Source: Magallana gigas
Lineage: Eukaryota
DNA length: 64,000 nucleotides
Direction: 5' to 3'
Assembly: GCF_963853765.1 (NCBI RefSeq)
Contig: NC_088855.1
Location: 34,348,001-34,412,000 of the forward strand
The notes under the pieces were generated by a model that saw only the letters and a program-made list of their open reading frames with translations, was not told the origin of the DNA and did not search any database. Positions within the stretch are counted from its first letter, which is position 1, and each line of letters opens with the position of its first letter. Below are positions 59,983 to 64,000 of this stretch, piece by piece. Both the position numbers and the translations under genes were made by a program.

Positions 59983-60622
59983 GGTTGTGCTGGAAGACGG
60001 AAAACAATAGTATTGACATTACAACATAGTGTAACCTATTTTTGGATATGCTTACGTGGCTAAATCTCATTAGGTCATACTTACATGCTCTTCTAACCAT
60101 TTTAGTTTATCAGAAAATCCAAGTTTAAGTTTTTCGAAACCCTTTTCATGAAATAACTGAAGAAAATTACTTACAGTCTTGGATGTGATGGTTATAAGTT
60201 TCGAATTTCCATGAAGAAAATGTTCGGCATTTATAGCGTTGTTTTTATGAAAACAAACGGGTCCATTCGGATTATAAATGTATATTATACTGGTTTAGGG
60301 CAAAGAGGGATTAACACATATCGGACTGACCTCTGAAAGATTAAAGGTTCGGGGCTAGTGTGTACATAAATTTTGGTCATTACGGAATTGTCGCTTTTAA
60401 GGGAGTCCCTGTGGAAGAAATGGAGGTTGCATACATGTAGATTCCTGGATTTTGACCTATAAAAAGTTTGGAATGTCTTAGTTTTATATTTATAAACTTC
60501 CACACTTTTACAAACATCAGCCATTACATATAAGGTCAATGAAAAAAGGGTTATCTTTCTTTCTTTACTGAAATCTTGGTATATTAAAAGAGGAACAACT
60601 CCAAGATAAAAGATCATAGTGA

Positions 60623-61011
60623 GGTGATATGAGACCCTCGATATTGTGACGTACTTCCAATCGAAATAAACAATAAAGCGAAGTATGATTTTCTAAATAT
60701 TTAATTCCCAAAATTGTTACCTAACTGCGTAGAACAGTTAGTTAAGAGAGTCGACCACGAATCTTAAGTAATACAAGTTCGAATCTTGCTAGGATTTCTG
60801 CATTTTAAACATATATTTTGGTCAAATATTGTAAAATTTGAAAATTCTAAACCGGCGAGACTATTTTGATTATACGTGTAATCATCTTCGCTAGCCAAGG
60901 GTTTTCGGTCCACTTTGCTCCCCGCAAAGTGGACCGAAAACCCTTGCCTAGCAAAGAAGACATGTAATGTACTTTTATCCACATTAATATTGACAGGTGT
61001 CCCATACCACC
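60623..61011. mobile_element. Second copy of the GGTGGTATGGGACACC TTAA-type element, with a nested hairpin at 60885-60957
   Basis: Ends GGTGATATGAGACCCTC ... AGGTGTCCCATACCACC|TTAA; internal ACTTCC.ATCGAAATAAACAATAA and AAATTGTTACCTAAC are shared with 10997-11281. Confidence 0.7.
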
Positions 61012-62182
61012 TTAAGTAAAAAAAAAAATTATTAGAAAGGGGGCGGAGGAAAAATATGAGCTACTTACTTAGAACACGACCCACTAGATCTTAACCAATG
61101 AAGTATTACTTTTATCTTCAAATTTATGAAGAGCATCACAGTGCAGTATTTAGCGACAGTGGATTATGTTATAATTTCAGATACAAACACACCATTTTTT
61201 TTTCTATCAGAAAGCAGACCATTTGGTTGTTAGTGCATTTACTAGTAATGTTTTGTTAGGTTGTCGCTTTCAAACATAGAAGTTCAACAGTTTTAACAGT
61301 TTAGCACAATTGTACATTTTGTATGTTTTCAGCAATTGATCTGTTTATTGGTTAGTTTCGAAGAACACACATTACTCACAAATGGGTTACTTTTTTGCCT
61401 CATAAAATTGCTATAATTTTCAGAATTGAACTACAATGCTACTTCCCAATTCAATTCAATTTGAATTCAATTCTTCATTCACTCAAGACCAGTTCACTGG
61501 TATTTGAGGTTCAACATGAGTATATACAAATGAACACAAAAACAGTCAATGATCATATGTACAGTAGAAGTAATAACGATGAAAAAGTTGAGTTTACAAT
61601 ACAGTAGGTTGTAAAGGTTTGTATTTTGAAGAGCAGAATTTGAAAATTAATAAATCTTGACAATATTTTTAGTTTCTCTACATTACAAGTATTATCTCGT
61701 TAAATTTTATAATATTTGGGTTTTCATACTAATCTCTTGGACAGAAATTTTTTTTCTAACGTTTGCAAAATGTGTACATTCTAAAATATAATGAAAATTC
61801 ACCCTATCCCGAATACTATTAGAGTCACACATTGTACATTCTCCTCTATATATTTTATTAAAATCTAGCACATACTTATGAATACATTATAAGACGACAA
61901 TACATGTTTTAACTTCTGTCCGCTTTGGAAGAATACACTGCATTTCTTTCAACAACCATCATATCTTCCATTTAATTAATAACCAAAAGTGTCCAGCCTC
62001 CAGCTGCAAAAGTGTAAATTCAAAATGTACAAAATGACGAATTCTCACAGGTAAAACTTTGAACAAAAGCATCTGAACTTGCCTGTTATTAATTTCGTAG
62101 AAAAAAAGGATGTAAAGATATTTAAATGTGATGATATTTAGTTTTAATACCATCCAAACAAAAAAAAAACCAGGTAGGCAAG

Positions 62183-62187
<5 letters not shown>

Positions 62188-62262
<75 letters not shown>
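62188..62262. repeat. (CT)n microsatellite
   Basis: Dinucleotide run; it produces the spurious RERE/LSLS ORFs. Confidence 0.97.
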
Positions 62263-62265
<3 letters not shown>

Positions 62266-63013
62266 ATAATTTCGGGTAAAACCAGGAAAAAGCACACTGA
62301 ACCTGCGATAAACCGACACCTGCTTCCCAAATTGAGGCTTTTTTTTTACTTATTCTTGTAAAATCCCTTTGTTTGTCGATAAAACCCAAACCCAGTTTCG
62401 ATATCTGAGACTTTTACCTGTGAAAATGACATGTTTATTGAAAGATAACCAACATACTTTTTCCGAGAAAAAAGAATGAAATTCTGCTCTTTCATTGAAT
62501 TGTAAATAATAAAGACGCATGAGTTTATCGCGGTCAAGGATTTTGTTATCTGGATTTTATGAGTATAAGCATCAATTATATGTAATGTATCATCCAGAGA
62601 TTAAACATTGAATATCACGCATGCTTATATGATCATTGTTATAATTTATTGAAGATATGCCTTTTTTTATTCATGCTAAAAATATCCATTCAGAAACGAT
62701 AAGATCTACCTATTCCTCGAACGTTCAGATCGTAACTGAGTATTTGCTTACTGAATTTTTTTTGACATGCAGCCCCCCCCCCCTTCCACACACAAAAAGG
62801 GCATATCAAATCTCCGATAAAAATAAACGTGGCGTCGTGTCAAGATTGAGGCATCGGTTTCTAGGAAAGACTTGCGCCGTTCTTGGAATGAATACAAGTA
62901 CCTTGAAACATACACCTGAAGTATACAAAATATTCGTTTCTAGATAGACAATTTTGCGTTAAGATGGTGTATAAGATGCTTTATTTAAACAATAAATGCT
63001 TTCTTTGGTGTTT

Positions 63014-63089
63014 CATGCGGGATAGGAAGGTAGCGACAATTCATTTTTTTCGGGGGGGGGGGATGATCGCTACCTTCATAACTCGCATG
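63014..63089. mobile_element. Tiny TIR element (CATGCGRG.TA.GAAGGTAGCGA termini), related to the inverted repeat at 1426-1517
   Basis: CATGCGGGATAGGAAGGTAGCGACA ... TGATCGCTACCTTCATAACTCGCATG. Confidence 0.55.
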
Positions 63090-64000
63090 AACCATCAAAG
63101 AAATCGTTTTCTTGCTTATATTTACATCTTTCTTTTAACAAATGAATGAATCTATTATAAAAATTTATTATCCTGATTGTTCCGTGCACACCGTGATCAT
63201 GTGGATTTCAGCCTTGTCAGTTTCTATAGATCTAAGAATAACAATCGATTTTCTTAAGAAACAGAGGAGAATATATAGATTTAAAAAGCGCATTCAAAGA
63301 TGAAAATTTAGCATTGGTTGACTTATTTTTAAATTAATCTATTTTTTAAACATTTGGTTTATTTTTAATGGAAGAAAACTCCGTAAGTCATAAATACGAC
63401 TGAAACCGATATCCATGTATTTGAGTTGGAATCCACTTCATATCCAACAATTTTAAGATCTATATGCTACTATACATAGAAGTTGTACATAAACAACTGC
63501 GTGTTTTTATTTGTAGGTGGAAAATGTTCTGTAAATACTTATGCAACGGAACTTTATATATTATATGCTTTATATTTGTTATATCACATATGCATGTAGA
63601 TTATCAGCCCAGAAAACAATTGTCGTTTTTTCCCCAAAAAGTATTTAAAAAATCAATGAATGTTGCGTATATAAATATGGAATAATGTTTGCAAATACAC
63701 ATGTAGTATAAAAATAGTTTGGGTATTTTCAAATCTTATTGAGGTGGCGATTTAAATTAAGGCGCAGAAATGATAAACACCAGTCTTTCCAATGAAGGAA
63801 TTTGATAAAAAAAAAATGTGTAAAACCGAAAGTGGATATACCATATAGGTTAAATGCCTATATGATTTGTTATCAATTCTAGAAATTAAGCTTCTGCTAT
63901 ATCGATGGCATCTAACTGGTGTAAACATAATACTTGTATGTATATTTTACCAACATACATTTGTACAGATAGTAGAGGTCTGGTGTGCGGGAAAATAATG

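Noticed and set aside
60085-60100. Upstream coding exon (MVRRA) for the C1q gene
   Set aside because: It ends in phase 1, but the acceptor at 59990 requires phase 2 to join the MQQQ frame. ATG 59982 has a good context (ACAACCATG).

Overview
AT-rich eukaryotic genomic DNA with spliceosomal introns, microsatellites and three N-gaps. The gene and repeat content points to a bivalve mollusc, probably an oyster (inference; no database search was possible). Host genes: (1) a tandem array of three paralogous secreted tyrosinase-like (type-3 copper) genes on the + strand (CDS 9330-12902, 27421-31662, 42906-46626). They share four coding exons with intron phases 0/2/1 and keep all six copper-binding His. 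They also share an apparently convertase-processed layout: signal peptide, ~90-aa propeptide, KR|Q site, catalytic domain, Cys module and linker, RxxR site, then a ~215-aa six-Cys C-terminal domain. (2) A single-coding-exon alpha-kinase-fold gene on the - strand (48288-49244) with both catalytic Asp residues replaced, the Zn site intact and an N-myristoylation motif, i.e. a likely membrane-targeted alpha-pseudokinase. (3) A two-exon C1q-domain gene on the - strand (58999-59982). Mobile DNA: a full-length PIF/Harbinger transposon (14062-17305; CTG target duplication, frameshifted DDE transposase, intact spliced Myb/SANT partner gene, palindromic subterminal arrays), a 5'-truncated CR1/L2-group LINE, several TTAA-flanked Kolobok-like and TA-flanked MITE/foldback elements (some nested), and a Helentron/pearl-like fragment. 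The most promising leads are the alpha-pseudokinase, the tripartite pro-tyrosinase design with its unannotated flanking domains, and a Harbinger insertion site resembling the zebrafish Harbinger3_DR target consensus. Exon boundaries and repeat ends were read by eye; repeat ends may be off by a few bases.
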